From assembly GCA_052094425.1 (NCBI GenBank), contig JBQDIN010000007.1:1054-65053 (forward strand): a stretch of DNA of 64,000 nucleotides, given 5' to 3'. Position numbers and translations under genes: made by a program. Numbering within the stretch: the first letter of the stretch is position 1; every line of letters begins with the position of its first letter. This document shows positions 37,259 through 45,953 of the stretch, in pieces. Source of the DNA: Propionibacteriaceae bacterium. GTDB taxonomy: Bacteria; Actinomycetota; Actinomycetes; Propionibacteriales; Propionibacteriaceae. The notes under the pieces are model-generated. The model was not told the origin of the DNA and made no database searches. It saw nothing but the letters and a program-made list of their open reading frames with translations.

Positions 37259-38695
37259 GTGACCCGCTGTTTCACCGACTCTCTGACCGCGTTCGCCGCA
37301 CCTGTGCTGGACAAGGCGAGGGACCCTTCGGCGGCCGTCGGCGTGATCGGCCGCGACGGCACGGCACACACCCACGCCTGGGGATCGGTGTCGAGGACGA
37401 CCAGTGATCCGATCACCAGTGCAACGGTCTTCGGTATCGCCTCCATCACCAAGTCTTTTGGTTCCGCAGTCGCGATGACCCTCCAGGATCGTGGCCTGCT
37501 GGACATCGACGAACCGATCAGTGCCCACCTACCCGAGTTACGCATGCCCGATCCGGCCCATCTGGCCAAGGTGACCACGCGCCACTTGATGAGCCACACC
37601 TCTGGGCTGCCTCCATTGCGCGGACTCCGTGCGGCCATGTACCGATCGCACCAGCGCGAGGACCCGGCAGCCCTGGCACAATACGAGTCCGGCCCCGGAG
37701 ACGACTGCCTGGACACCCACGAGGACCTCATCCGTTTCCTGTCCCAGCAGGACTACGCGCCGTTGGGCGAGCCTGGGACCGAGTTCAGCTACTCCAACGA
37801 CGGTTACGGACTGCTCGGAGCGATCATCGAGCGTGTCAGCGGGGAGCCGATGGCCGACTACCTGACTCGTTCGATCCTGGAACCACTGGGGATGACCAGG
37901 ACCGGATTCGACGTCACCGCCCTGATCAAGCAAGGGAACGTCGTCACCCCGGCGGTCCTCGATGACGAGACCGACGACGCGCAGATCGCCGACTCGCCGT
38001 TGTGGTGGGAAGCCCCGGCGATGGCCGCAGCCGGCTACCTGCGGTCCTGTGTCGACGACCTGCTGACCTACATCCGGATGTTCCTCGGCGAGGGCGAGGT
38101 CGCCGGGACCAAGGTGCTCAGCCCCGAAGCAGTGCGGACAATGACCACACCGGTGGTCCAGGTCAGCCAGACTTCCTTCTACGGTTGCGGTTTGACCATC
38201 GTGCCGGACTACCACGGGGTACGAATGGTCGAACACGGTGGCTCGCTGAAGTCGATCACCTCGCGCCTGCAGTTCGTGCCAGACGTGGGCGTGGGCACGA
38301 TCACCTTGATCAACCTCCGAGGGGCTCCGGCTCGCCGTATCGGGTTGGCTGCACTAAATCTCGCCGACGGGCACGCGGCAGAGCGCTCCCACGTGGCACC
38401 CCGGCCCGGCGGCCTGGCCCTGCCTGAGGGGGCACTGAGCGAGTACGAGGGCGTTTACGAGTCAGCTGAGGATGTCCAACTGACGATCACCGCGTCCGGG
38501 GACAGCCTGGAAATGGTGTCCCGGATCGGCAAACCTTCCACACTGCTTCCGACCGCTTGGCGTGACGAATTCGTGGTCGACGACGCTGTCGGGGACACCA
38601 ACGTCCGCTTCCTTCGCGACAGCTCTGGTTTGGTGGTCCGGGTGCTGGCGGGGCTCCGTCAGCTCGGCCGGGTTCGCGGCCCGGAACCGGAGTGA
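37259..38695 (+). CDS. Beta-lactamase-family serine hydrolase, cytoplasmic; paralog 2
   Basis: ASITK, LMSHTSG, YSNDGY, HGGSLKSITSRLQFVPD; colinear with 28171..29613; RBS GGAGG. Confidence 0.9.
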   Translation: MTRCFTDSLTAFAAPVLDKARDPSAAVGVIGRDGTAHTHAWGSVSRTTSDPITSATVFGIASITKSFGSAVAMTLQDRGLLDIDEPISAHLPELRMPDPAHLAKVTTRHLMSHTSGLPPLRGLRAAMYRSHQREDPAALAQYESGPGDDCLDTHEDLIRFLSQQDYAPLGEPGTEFSYSNDGYGLLGAIIERVSGEPMADYLTRSILEPLGMTRTGFDVTALIKQGNVVTPAVLDDETDDAQIADSPLWWEAPAMAAAGYLRSCVDDLLTYIRMFLGEGEVAGTKVLSPEAVRTMTTPVVQVSQTSFYGCGLTIVPDYHGVRMVEHGGSLKSITSRLQFVPDVGVGTITLINLRGAPARRIGLAALNLADGHAAERSHVAPRPGGLALPEGALSEYEGVYESAEDVQLTITASGDSLEMVSRIGKPSTLLPTAWRDEFVVDDAVGDTNVRFLRDSSGLVVRVLAGLRQLGRVRGPEPE

Positions 38696-38748
38696 CCTGA
38701 CCAGGGGACTTGACCGGCGGCGCTCCAGCACCCCTCGGATGAACGCCA

Positions 38749-39427
38749 GTGACCGACGTCGGCGCCTACGCGACCCGAACCACCCTCACCGACCGCACCA
38801 TCCCCCGCACCGCCAAGTCCTTGGTTCGGACCGCAAAGGACCTCCACCGCTTCCCACTCCTCCAAGAAGCAGCGGAGGCCGGTCGGTTGACGCGGGACCA
38901 GGTGGGCGCGGCCCTGCACGGACTGACGTGGGTGCCCGACACCGCCACGACTGAGGAACTTGACGCAACCCAGGCCGAGTTGTTGGCCAGTTCGGATGAG
39001 CAGCCGCCGGGAGGGATGCGTCAGCTCGCCCACACACTGATCGCTGTCCACCTCCCCGACGTCGAGGGCGCCCGCCTCGAAAAACAACTCGAACTCGACG
39101 AACGACGTGCCCGGCGGAACCGGCACCCTGCTGAACTCCGGTGCAGAAATCTCCGCAAACGTCCGCCACCTCGCCTGTGATGCCGGACCGAACCGCTCCG
39201 ATGCGCACCACCTTCTTCCGTGGTGGGCCGCCTGGGGAGAGACGAAACTCGAGAACCTCGCCCTCCTCTGCAGGTATCACCATCAGCTCGTCGAACCCAA
39301 CCCGAGAGCAGGGCCCGACGAACAATGGTCGATCTCCATGACTGAGCATCAGATTCCCGAGATCAGACCACCGATCCGACTCGACCCCACCAGCCGCCCC
39401 AGGCGCAACTCCCGCTTCACCCGATGA
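38749..39427 (+). pseudogene. Internally deleted DUF222/HNH paralog
   Basis: LTDRTIPRTAK...ERRARRNR aligns with 20366..21682, then jumps in another frame to NSGAEIS..RHLACDA and DAHH...LCRYHHQLVEPNPRAGP...RRNSRF. The N-terminus and two internal blocks are missing. Confidence 0.85.
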
Positions 39428-39447
39428 CCCCACAAAAGGAAGAGGCT

Positions 39448-39495
39448 TCGACAAGCTCAACCGACGTACAGCCAGGGTCTCGACAAGCTCAACCG
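39448..39495. repeat. 16-bp direct repeat TCGACAAGCTCAACCG x2 (REP-like)
   Basis: Exact copies at 39448-39463 and 39480-39495, just after the DUF222 pseudogene. Confidence 0.8.
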
Positions 39496-39522
39496 GCGGA
39501 ATGTCCACCACTGCTCAGATGA

Positions 39523-41034
39523 TCACTTGAGGCGGCCGGCGAGGCGGCCGTGCCAGGCCTGGCTGGGCTCGTTCAGGCCGACGAACTCGACCTCCTTGCC
39601 CCGCTCGGTGTACTTGAGTTCGATGGCGTCCAGGGCGGCGACGGTCGAGGAGTCGTAGATCTGCGACTGGGACAGGTCGATGATCACGTGCTGTGGGTCC
39701 CCGTTGTAGTCGAACTGGTAGACGAGGTCGTTGCTGGAGGCGAAGAAGAGGGCGCCACGGATCGCGTACTTCCGGGTGTCCGGGTCGGGCTGTTCCACAT
39801 CGATGACCTCGGTGAAGTGGGCGATCCGCCGGACGAAGAAGAGGGCGGCGACCACCACCCCGAGCACGACGCCGATGGCGAGGTTGTGGGTGACCACCGT
39901 CGCCACGACAGTGACCACCATGATCGCCGTTGCGCTCAGCGGCATCCGCCGCAGGGTCCGGGGATGCACGCTGTGCCAGTCGAAGGTGCCCACCGAGACC
40001 ATGATCATCACCGCTACCAAGGCGGCCATCGGGATGATCGCGACCAGGTCACCGAGCACCACGACCAGGACCAGCAGGAAGGAGCCGGCCAAGAAGGTGG
40101 AGATCCGGGTGCGCGCCCCGGACACCTTGACGTTGATCATCGTCTGGCCGATCATCGCGCAGCCCCCCATGCCGCCGAAGAACCCGGTGACGATGTTGGC
40201 CACCCCCTGCCCCCAGGCCTCCCTGGTCTTGGAGCTGTGGGTGTCGGTGATGTCGTCGACCAGCTTCGCGGTCATCAGCGACTCCAACAGCCCGACCAGC
40301 GCCATCGCGAACGCGTACGGGGCGATGATCCGCAGCGTCTCGAACTCGAAGGACACCTGCGGCAGGAAGAGGGTCGGGAGGCTGTCCGGCAGCTCCCCCT
40401 CGTCACCCACGGTGGGCACCTTCACCCCGGCCAGGACGGCGAACAAGGTGAGCGCGAGGATGGCGACCAGCGGAGCCGGCACCGCCTTGGTGAGCTTGGG
40501 CAGGAACACCATCACGAGGAGGCCGACCGCGATCATCGGGTACACCGCCCACGGCACGTCGATCACATGGGGCAGTTGGGCGGTGAAGATCAGGATCGCG
40601 AGGGCGTTGACGAAGCCGACCATCACGCTCCGGGGCACGAACCGCATCAGTTTGGCGACTCCGAGCAGGCTGAGCACGATCTGCAGTACGCCGGCCAAGA
40701 TCACGGTGGCGATGAAGTAGTCCATCCCGTGTTCGCGCACCAGCGGGGCGATCACCAGCGCGACGGCACCGGTGGCGGCGGAGATCATCGCCGGACGGCC
40801 ACCGACGATGGCGATCGTGACCGCCATGGTGAAGGAGGCGAAGAGCCCCACCCGCGGGTCCACCCCGGCGATGATGGAGAAGGAGATGGCCTCCGGGATG
40901 AGGGCCAACGCGACCACGAGGCCGGCGAGTACCTCGGTCTTCAACCGGCGCGGGGAGCGCAAGGCCGTACGTACCGACCACGCCTGCGTGTCGCGGACGT
41001 CGCGATTGGAGTGCGCGGGGCTGGGTGCGGGCAT
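39523..41034 (-). CDS. SulP-family inorganic anion transporter with STAS domain
   Basis: EVLAGLVVALALIPEAISF, GRPAMISAATGA, GGMGGCAMIGQT, GALFFAS, YDSSTVAALD. Confidence 0.95.
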   Translation of the reverse strand: MPAPSPAHSNRDVRDTQAWSVRTALRSPRRLKTEVLAGLVVALALIPEAISFSIIAGVDPRVGLFASFTMAVTIAIVGGRPAMISAATGAVALVIAPLVREHGMDYFIATVILAGVLQIVLSLLGVAKLMRFVPRSVMVGFVNALAILIFTAQLPHVIDVPWAVYPMIAVGLLVMVFLPKLTKAVPAPLVAILALTLFAVLAGVKVPTVGDEGELPDSLPTLFLPQVSFEFETLRIIAPYAFAMALVGLLESLMTAKLVDDITDTHSSKTREAWGQGVANIVTGFFGGMGGCAMIGQTMINVKVSGARTRISTFLAGSFLLVLVVVLGDLVAIIPMAALVAVMIMVSVGTFDWHSVHPRTLRRMPLSATAIMVVTVVATVVTHNLAIGVVLGVVVAALFFVRRIAHFTEVIDVEQPDPDTRKYAIRGALFFASSNDLVYQFDYNGDPQHVIIDLSQSQIYDSSTVAALDAIELKYTERGKEVEFVGLNEPSQAWHGRLAGRLK

Positions 41035-41082
41035 GGGGTGGTGGGCTCCGTTTCGGGGGTGGTTTCGACCGGCTCGGGGCCG

Positions 41083-41853
41083 TCAGCCGGGGAGGATGAC
41101 GTCGAGGGCCCAGCCGGGGGTGCCGAGATCGACCAGTTCGCAGTCGACGTGCTCGGCCACGACCTCGGCCACGGTGCCGACGGTTCGGGGGCTGCGATCT
41201 GACTCCAGCAGCCAGCGGGCGACCAGGCCGCGGGTGTGCTTGGCGTGGTGCGACACGACGGAGCGCTTGCCGCGCGTCTCGGTGAAGACCCGGACCGCGA
41301 CCGTACGCCGGGCCACCTCTCCCTTGGGGCGCCAGGCGGTGGCGTACGTCGTCGAGCGGCAGTCGATCACCGGGCCGCGTCCGGCGGCCCCGTCCAGCAC
41401 CGGGCCGAGCACGGAGCGCCAGACGGCACCGACGGAGCCGACCCCGGGCAGGGCCACCCCCATCGAGAGACGGTACGGGCCGATCCTGTCGTTCAGGTGG
41501 ATCGGACCGAACAGGGCACTCTGAATCAGCACCGAGCGGTTCGCCCGGCGACGGGCGGCCGGGGTCAGGCCGGCGAAGTCGAGGGCGTCGTACAGCACGC
41601 CGGTGTAGACCTCTGCCGCCGGCCGCGTCGGCTGGTCGAGGAGTTCGGTGTTGCGACGCACCTCGTCGGCCAGTCCGACCGAGACCCCGAGCACCGTGCA
41701 GGCATCCGGTTGGTCACTGGCCTTCGCGAGTGCGGTCAGGAGCTCCTGTCGGGTACCGGTCAGCTCGGGGTGGCTGAGCCGGGCCAGGTCGAGCGGAGTC
41801 CCCCGCCGACGAGGGGGCGCCTTGCCCTCCGACGGTGGCAGCAGGATGAGCAT
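41083..41853 (-). CDS. yaaA: YaaA/UPF0246 peroxide stress protein
   Basis: MLILLPPSEGK, VYTGVLYDAL, SALFG, YRLSMG, DCRSTTY, HHAKHTRG. Confidence 0.88.
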   Translation of the reverse strand: MLILLPPSEGKAPPRRRGTPLDLARLSHPELTGTRQELLTALAKASDQPDACTVLGVSVGLADEVRRNTELLDQPTRPAAEVYTGVLYDALDFAGLTPAARRRANRSVLIQSALFGPIHLNDRIGPYRLSMGVALPGVGSVGAVWRSVLGPVLDGAAGRGPVIDCRSTTYATAWRPKGEVARRTVAVRVFTETRGKRSVVSHHAKHTRGLVARWLLESDRSPRTVGTVAEVVAEHVDCELVDLGTPGWALDVILPG

Positions 41854-42761
41854 CAGCGTTCCCCGGTGGGCCAGGCGTTCGGCGTGCACCCCTTCAGGCC
41901 CTTGGTCTGCTGCATCATCACCGGCGCCTTCGATCCGCGGCCGGGGCAGGGCACGTGGCCGTAGCCGATGAAGTGGCCGACCTCGTGGTTGACCAGGTAG
42001 CGCCGGTAGTTCGCCACGTCCCCGGAGTAGTCCTTGATCGCCGTGGCCCAACGGTTCGCGTTCAGCACCACACGGTCCTCCACCTGGCAGGACAGGGTTC
42101 CGCCGGTCTTCAGCGGGAGGCAGTAACGGTCGGCTGTCCGCGGCGTGGCGAGGAGGATCTTCAGGTCGGGCTCGGCATCCTTCCCCACCAGCCGGAACCG
42201 CACCTGCCCGCCGCCGGCCCAACTGCGCTCGTCGTCGAGGATGCCGGCGATCGACGCGGCGGTCTTCTCCGAGTCGAACGGCAGGTCCTTCTCCACGCGC
42301 ACCTGCATGGTGATCGTCCGGCCGCGGTCACTGGACGGTCGACGCTCGAGATCGGAGATGTGGAACTTCCCGGAACCCTTGGCCGGAATGGTGGCCTGCT
42401 CCCGCGGCTTCTTCGCCCGCGGCGTCTTCGCCCGGGGTTTCTTCGAAGGGGGTCCGGAGCTGTCCGCCCGGCTGGTCGGGGTGCCCGCGTCGGAGGCTGT
42501 CGGTGTCGGGCTCGCCCCCCGGGTCGTTGGTGCGGGTGTCTCGTTGGCACCGGCCCCGGAGCCGTCGCTCGTCCGGTGCACGATCTGACCCGCGCTGCCC
42601 CGAGTGAGCATGTCCGGGGCGAGCACTCCGGCGGTGACCAGCAGCGCCAGGCCGGCACCCAGGAAGCCCAGTGAGCGCACCCGGCGGCCGGGTCGTGTCG
42701 CCCTGCGCGGGGCGGCCCGACGGGGGATAGGTTTCCCCTGACCGCTGCTGAAACGAATCAC
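41853..42761 (-). CDS. DUF3152-domain membrane-anchored protein (putative zinc metallopeptidase)
   Basis: TM anchor, P/T/S linker, ILDDERSW, LNANRW, YRRYLVNHEVGH (HExxH), APVMMQQT; start uncertain. Confidence 0.85.
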   Translation of the reverse strand: MIRFSSGQGKPIPRRAAPRRATRPGRRVRSLGFLGAGLALLVTAGVLAPDMLTRGSAGQIVHRTSDGSGAGANETPAPTTRGASPTPTASDAGTPTSRADSSGPPSKKPRAKTPRAKKPREQATIPAKGSGKFHISDLERRPSSDRGRTITMQVRVEKDLPFDSEKTAASIAGILDDERSWAGGGQVRFRLVGKDAEPDLKILLATPRTADRYCLPLKTGGTLSCQVEDRVVLNANRWATAIKDYSGDVANYRRYLVNHEVGHFIGYGHVPCPGRGSKAPVMMQQTKGLKGCTPNAWPTGER

Positions 42762-42785
42762 ACCGACCAAGACTAGGCGTTCACC

Positions 42786-44129
42786 GTGTCCCACACACAC
42801 TCGCACCGTCCATCCGACCGCCCGGCTGACCGCAAGCGCCAGCGAACCGCACTGCGGATCCTGATCACGGTCTTGATCCCACTCGGCGTGTGGACCGTGA
42901 TCGGACTGATCGCACTCTGGCCCGGGGACATCTCCGAGCACGTGCAGAAGGACCTGTCCACCTACACCGTCGAGGGCGTGTCCACCGTGTCCGGCGAGAT
43001 CTCCACCCTGGAGGAGATGGGGTGCGAGGGGATGATCGGTTCCTCCCCGGGGTCCGAGGCCGTCTGCGCCAGCGGCCTGGCCACCGTGCTGGAGGGGCCC
43101 GAGGAGGGTAAGGAGGTCGACATCCAGCTGACCGCCGCGGTCTACTCCTCCGGAGCCGACGTGGGCGACAAGATCGTGCTCTTCCGGGTCCCGATGGAGG
43201 GCGGCGAGGCCACGTACCAGTTCTCCGACTTCGAGCGGAAGGTCCCGCTGATCGTGATCACGATCGCGTTCGCGGTGGCCGTGGTTGCGGTGGCCCGGTG
43301 GCGGGGGTTCGCCTCCCTGATCGGACTCGCCTTCGCCGGGTTCATCATGGTCAAGTTCATGTTCCCGGCCCTGGTCGCGGGATCGAACCCGATCCTGGTG
43401 GGGTTGATCGGCAGTTCGGCGATCATGTTCGTGGTCCTCTACAGCGCCCACGGGTTCAGTGCCCGGACCACGACCGCCTTGGTCGGCACCCTCTTCGGGT
43501 TACTCCTGACCGCCGGACTGGGGTACGGGGTGACGAAATGGGCCCACCTGACCGGAGTCGCCTCCGAGGACGACTTCCTGCTGGCCGCGAGCGCGCCCGA
43601 CATGAACCTCGTCTCGGTGGTGATGTGCGGGATCATCATCGCCGGTCTCGGCGTGCTGAACGACGTGACCATCACCCAGGCCTCCGCCGTGTGGGAACTG
43701 GCGGAGGACGGCGACCCCGACCAACGCCGACTGTTCTCCCGGGCGATGCGGATCGGTCGCGACCACATCGCCTCCACCGTCTACACGATCGCCTTCGCCA
43801 CCGCCGGCGCAGCGCTCTCGGCCCTGCTGCTGATCGCGGTCTACCAGCGCCCGCTCTTCGAGGTGCTGCAGACCGAGACCTTCTCCGGGGAGATCATCCG
43901 CACCCTGGTCGGCTCGATCGGGCTGGTGCTCGCCGTACCGCTGACCACGGTCATCGGCGTCGTGATGGTCCGGGCGGCCAACCGAGGGATCCCGCCTGCC
44001 GAAGCCACGTCCGACCAGTCCGCCGAGTCCGGGGACGGCACTGCCTCGCCCGCCGAAGGGCGGACGGGGCAGTTGACCGATGAGCGGACTCTCCCCCGGC
44101 TGAGGAGAGTCCTCCGCCGGTTGCGGTGA
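42786..44129 (+). CDS. YibE/F-family membrane protein
   Basis: YQFSDFER, GVLNDVTITQASAVWEL, GRDHIASTVYT, EIIRTLVGSIGLVLAVPLTT. Confidence 0.9.
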   Translation: MSHTHSHRPSDRPADRKRQRTALRILITVLIPLGVWTVIGLIALWPGDISEHVQKDLSTYTVEGVSTVSGEISTLEEMGCEGMIGSSPGSEAVCASGLATVLEGPEEGKEVDIQLTAAVYSSGADVGDKIVLFRVPMEGGEATYQFSDFERKVPLIVITIAFAVAVVAVARWRGFASLIGLAFAGFIMVKFMFPALVAGSNPILVGLIGSSAIMFVVLYSAHGFSARTTTALVGTLFGLLLTAGLGYGVTKWAHLTGVASEDDFLLAASAPDMNLVSVVMCGIIIAGLGVLNDVTITQASAVWELAEDGDPDQRRLFSRAMRIGRDHIASTVYTIAFATAGAALSALLLIAVYQRPLFEVLQTETFSGEIIRTLVGSIGLVLAVPLTTVIGVVMVRAANRGIPPAEATSDQSAESGDGTASPAEGRTGQLTDERTLPRLRRVLRRLR

Positions 44130-44135
44130 GCCTGA

Positions 44136-45347
44136 TCAGCTCCAGATCTCGTTGACCCACTCCGGGTGGTCGACGAACGGGTTCCGGTTGTGCTGGACCT
44201 CGGTGAAGATCACCTCGTTGCGGTTGGCCTCGAAGGCGTCGACGGGATCTGCCTCATTCCACTCCTTCAACACCGACAGCTTGCCCATGTACGGGTTGCT
44301 GCCGTTGTCGACCTGGTCGTTGACCTCCAGGTCAGGGTAGGAGTCGGTGCCCTCGTAGCGGACGTCCATGTAGAGGATCATCCGGGCCACGTCACCCTTG
44401 ACCTCGTCGCGAGGCTCCCAGGAGTCGGAGTCGGTCTTGCTGTCCTCGGCCTCCGGCACCGACTCGCCGCCGTTGTCGAAGTCCTTGTTGCCCCGGGTGG
44501 AGTTGACCGTGCTGTCGGTCGGACGCAGGTGGTGGACGTCGGTGCCCGGCCCCGTGGCGGTGCCGAAGTCGCCGTGCGACTTGGCCCACACGTGCTCGCG
44601 GTTCCAGTCGTCCTGCTCGCCCCCGTGTTGCGACTTGGCCCGGGACACGCCGCTGTACAGCAAGATCACGTTGTCGGCGTTGTTCGGGTCCTGATCCGTC
44701 TGCTGCAGGGCGTCCCAGACACCGTCGTAGCTGATCTGGGTCTGGTCCGAGATGATCGTGTTCAGCGCACCCTTGAGCTCCTCGCCGGACTTGCCCTCGG
44801 CGTCGGCGTAGTAGTCACCCGGATCGGAGGGATTCTCCGGGTCCTCGGGCTCGCCCGGCTCCTCCGGCGGGTCCTCCGGGTCTCCGGGCTCCTCCGGCTC
44901 GGTGCCGCCATCTCCGGCGGACACGTCGGTGATCGACTTCAGTCCGCCGTGGGAGTAGTAGCCCGAGAGGCTGCCGGTGACCGACACCTGGCTGCCGACC
45001 TTGTCGGGGTTGGACGCCAAGCCCCACTCGGAGCGGAATTCGCCGCCGACCTGAACGTAGAGCATCTTCGCCGTGTCGGTCTCGTCGGCCGAATCGGCCA
45101 GGGCGAGCGCATAGTCTTCTCTGAAGTCCTCGGTGACCACCGTGCTGGCCGAGATCGGTTCGCCGACGATGTAGCCGCCGACTGTGGCCTCCGTCCCATT
45201 CTGGGAGCCGAGGGCCTCGGCGACGGTGAGTGCCTCGGCCGCTCGGGCCTGGCCGATCCACAGCGTCTGCATCACCACCACGGCCAACAATGTGGCGAGG
45301 ATCCGCAGGCTGCGTGATCGTGTCTTCGGTTCGGACCGGACGTGCAT
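44136..45347 (-). CDS. Secreted endonuclease I-family nuclease (Bsn RNase-like) with N-terminal OB-like domain and acidic PE-rich linker
   Basis: Signal peptide; WNREHVWAKSHG, TDVHHLRPTD, VNSTRGNKDF, WEPRDEVKGDVAR, RNPFVDHPEW. Confidence 0.88.
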   Translation of the reverse strand: MHVRSEPKTRSRSLRILATLLAVVVMQTLWIGQARAAEALTVAEALGSQNGTEATVGGYIVGEPISASTVVTEDFREDYALALADSADETDTAKMLYVQVGGEFRSEWGLASNPDKVGSQVSVTGSLSGYYSHGGLKSITDVSAGDGGTEPEEPGDPEDPPEEPGEPEDPENPSDPGDYYADAEGKSGEELKGALNTIISDQTQISYDGVWDALQQTDQDPNNADNVILLYSGVSRAKSQHGGEQDDWNREHVWAKSHGDFGTATGPGTDVHHLRPTDSTVNSTRGNKDFDNGGESVPEAEDSKTDSDSWEPRDEVKGDVARMILYMDVRYEGTDSYPDLEVNDQVDNGSNPYMGKLSVLKEWNEADPVDAFEANRNEVIFTEVQHNRNPFVDHPEWVNEIWS

Positions 45348-45454
45348 TGCTCTCCTTGAGAATCGGGAATCCCCCGAGCACCGTGTGCAATCTAGGCGTT
45401 CAGGTCGGCCCTGTGGGGAGATTTTCCGGTAGCGGCAGCGGGCCCCGGGAGAGA

Positions 45455-45472
45455 GTTCACCCGCGGTTCACC
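45455..45472 (+). promoter_or_regulatory. PHO-box-like direct repeat GTTCACC-N4-GTTCACC
   Basis: Two exact GTTCACC heptamers with 11-bp period, about 108 bp upstream of the nuclease start codon. Confidence 0.6.
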
Positions 45473-45514
45473 GCTCGTACCCGAGCGGTACGCAGCGGTG
45501 ACCGGGAGTACCGA

Positions 45515-45943
45515 TCAACGATGCCGAGGGCCAGCGTCGATGATCGCGAGCGCGTCCGGCAGGTCGAAGAAGGTGGCCGTGTCCCGGGCGGTGGGTGCCC
45601 CGTTGTGCGGGTCCGCCCCGGCGTCGATGAGGGTCTGGACGACCTCCAGATGGCTGCGGAACACCGCCCCGGCCAGTGGGGTCTGGCCGCGTTCGTTCAT
45701 GATCTCCGGGTCGGCCCCGCGCGCCAGCAGGCCGGCGACCGTACGGGCCCGGCCGTGGTAGGCGGCGATCATCACCAGGGTGTTTCCCTTGCGGTCGGTC
45801 AGATCCGCCGGAGCCCCGGCGTCGATCCATGCAAGCAGCCGGTCGGCGTCGCCGTCGCGGGCTCGGTCGAAGAGCCAGTAGCCCAACTGCACCGGATCGG
45901 TGCCGTCGGGTTCGGCCTGCGCGGCCGGATCGTCGGGGTTCAT
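45515..45943 (-). CDS. Ankyrin repeat protein
   Basis: GNTLVMIAAYHG, GQTPLAGAVF, LIDAGADP. Confidence 0.9.
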   Translation of the reverse strand: MNPDDPAAQAEPDGTDPVQLGYWLFDRARDGDADRLLAWIDAGAPADLTDRKGNTLVMIAAYHGRARTVAGLLARGADPEIMNERGQTPLAGAVFRSHLEVVQTLIDAGADPHNGAPTARDTATFFDLPDALAIIDAGPRHR

Positions 45944-45953
45944 CGCGGCAGCC

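Noticed and set aside
20366-39427. Recent composite transposon formed by the two DUF222 copies
   Set aside because: The copies are substantially diverged, the right one is deleted, and I found no shared terminal repeats or target duplication.
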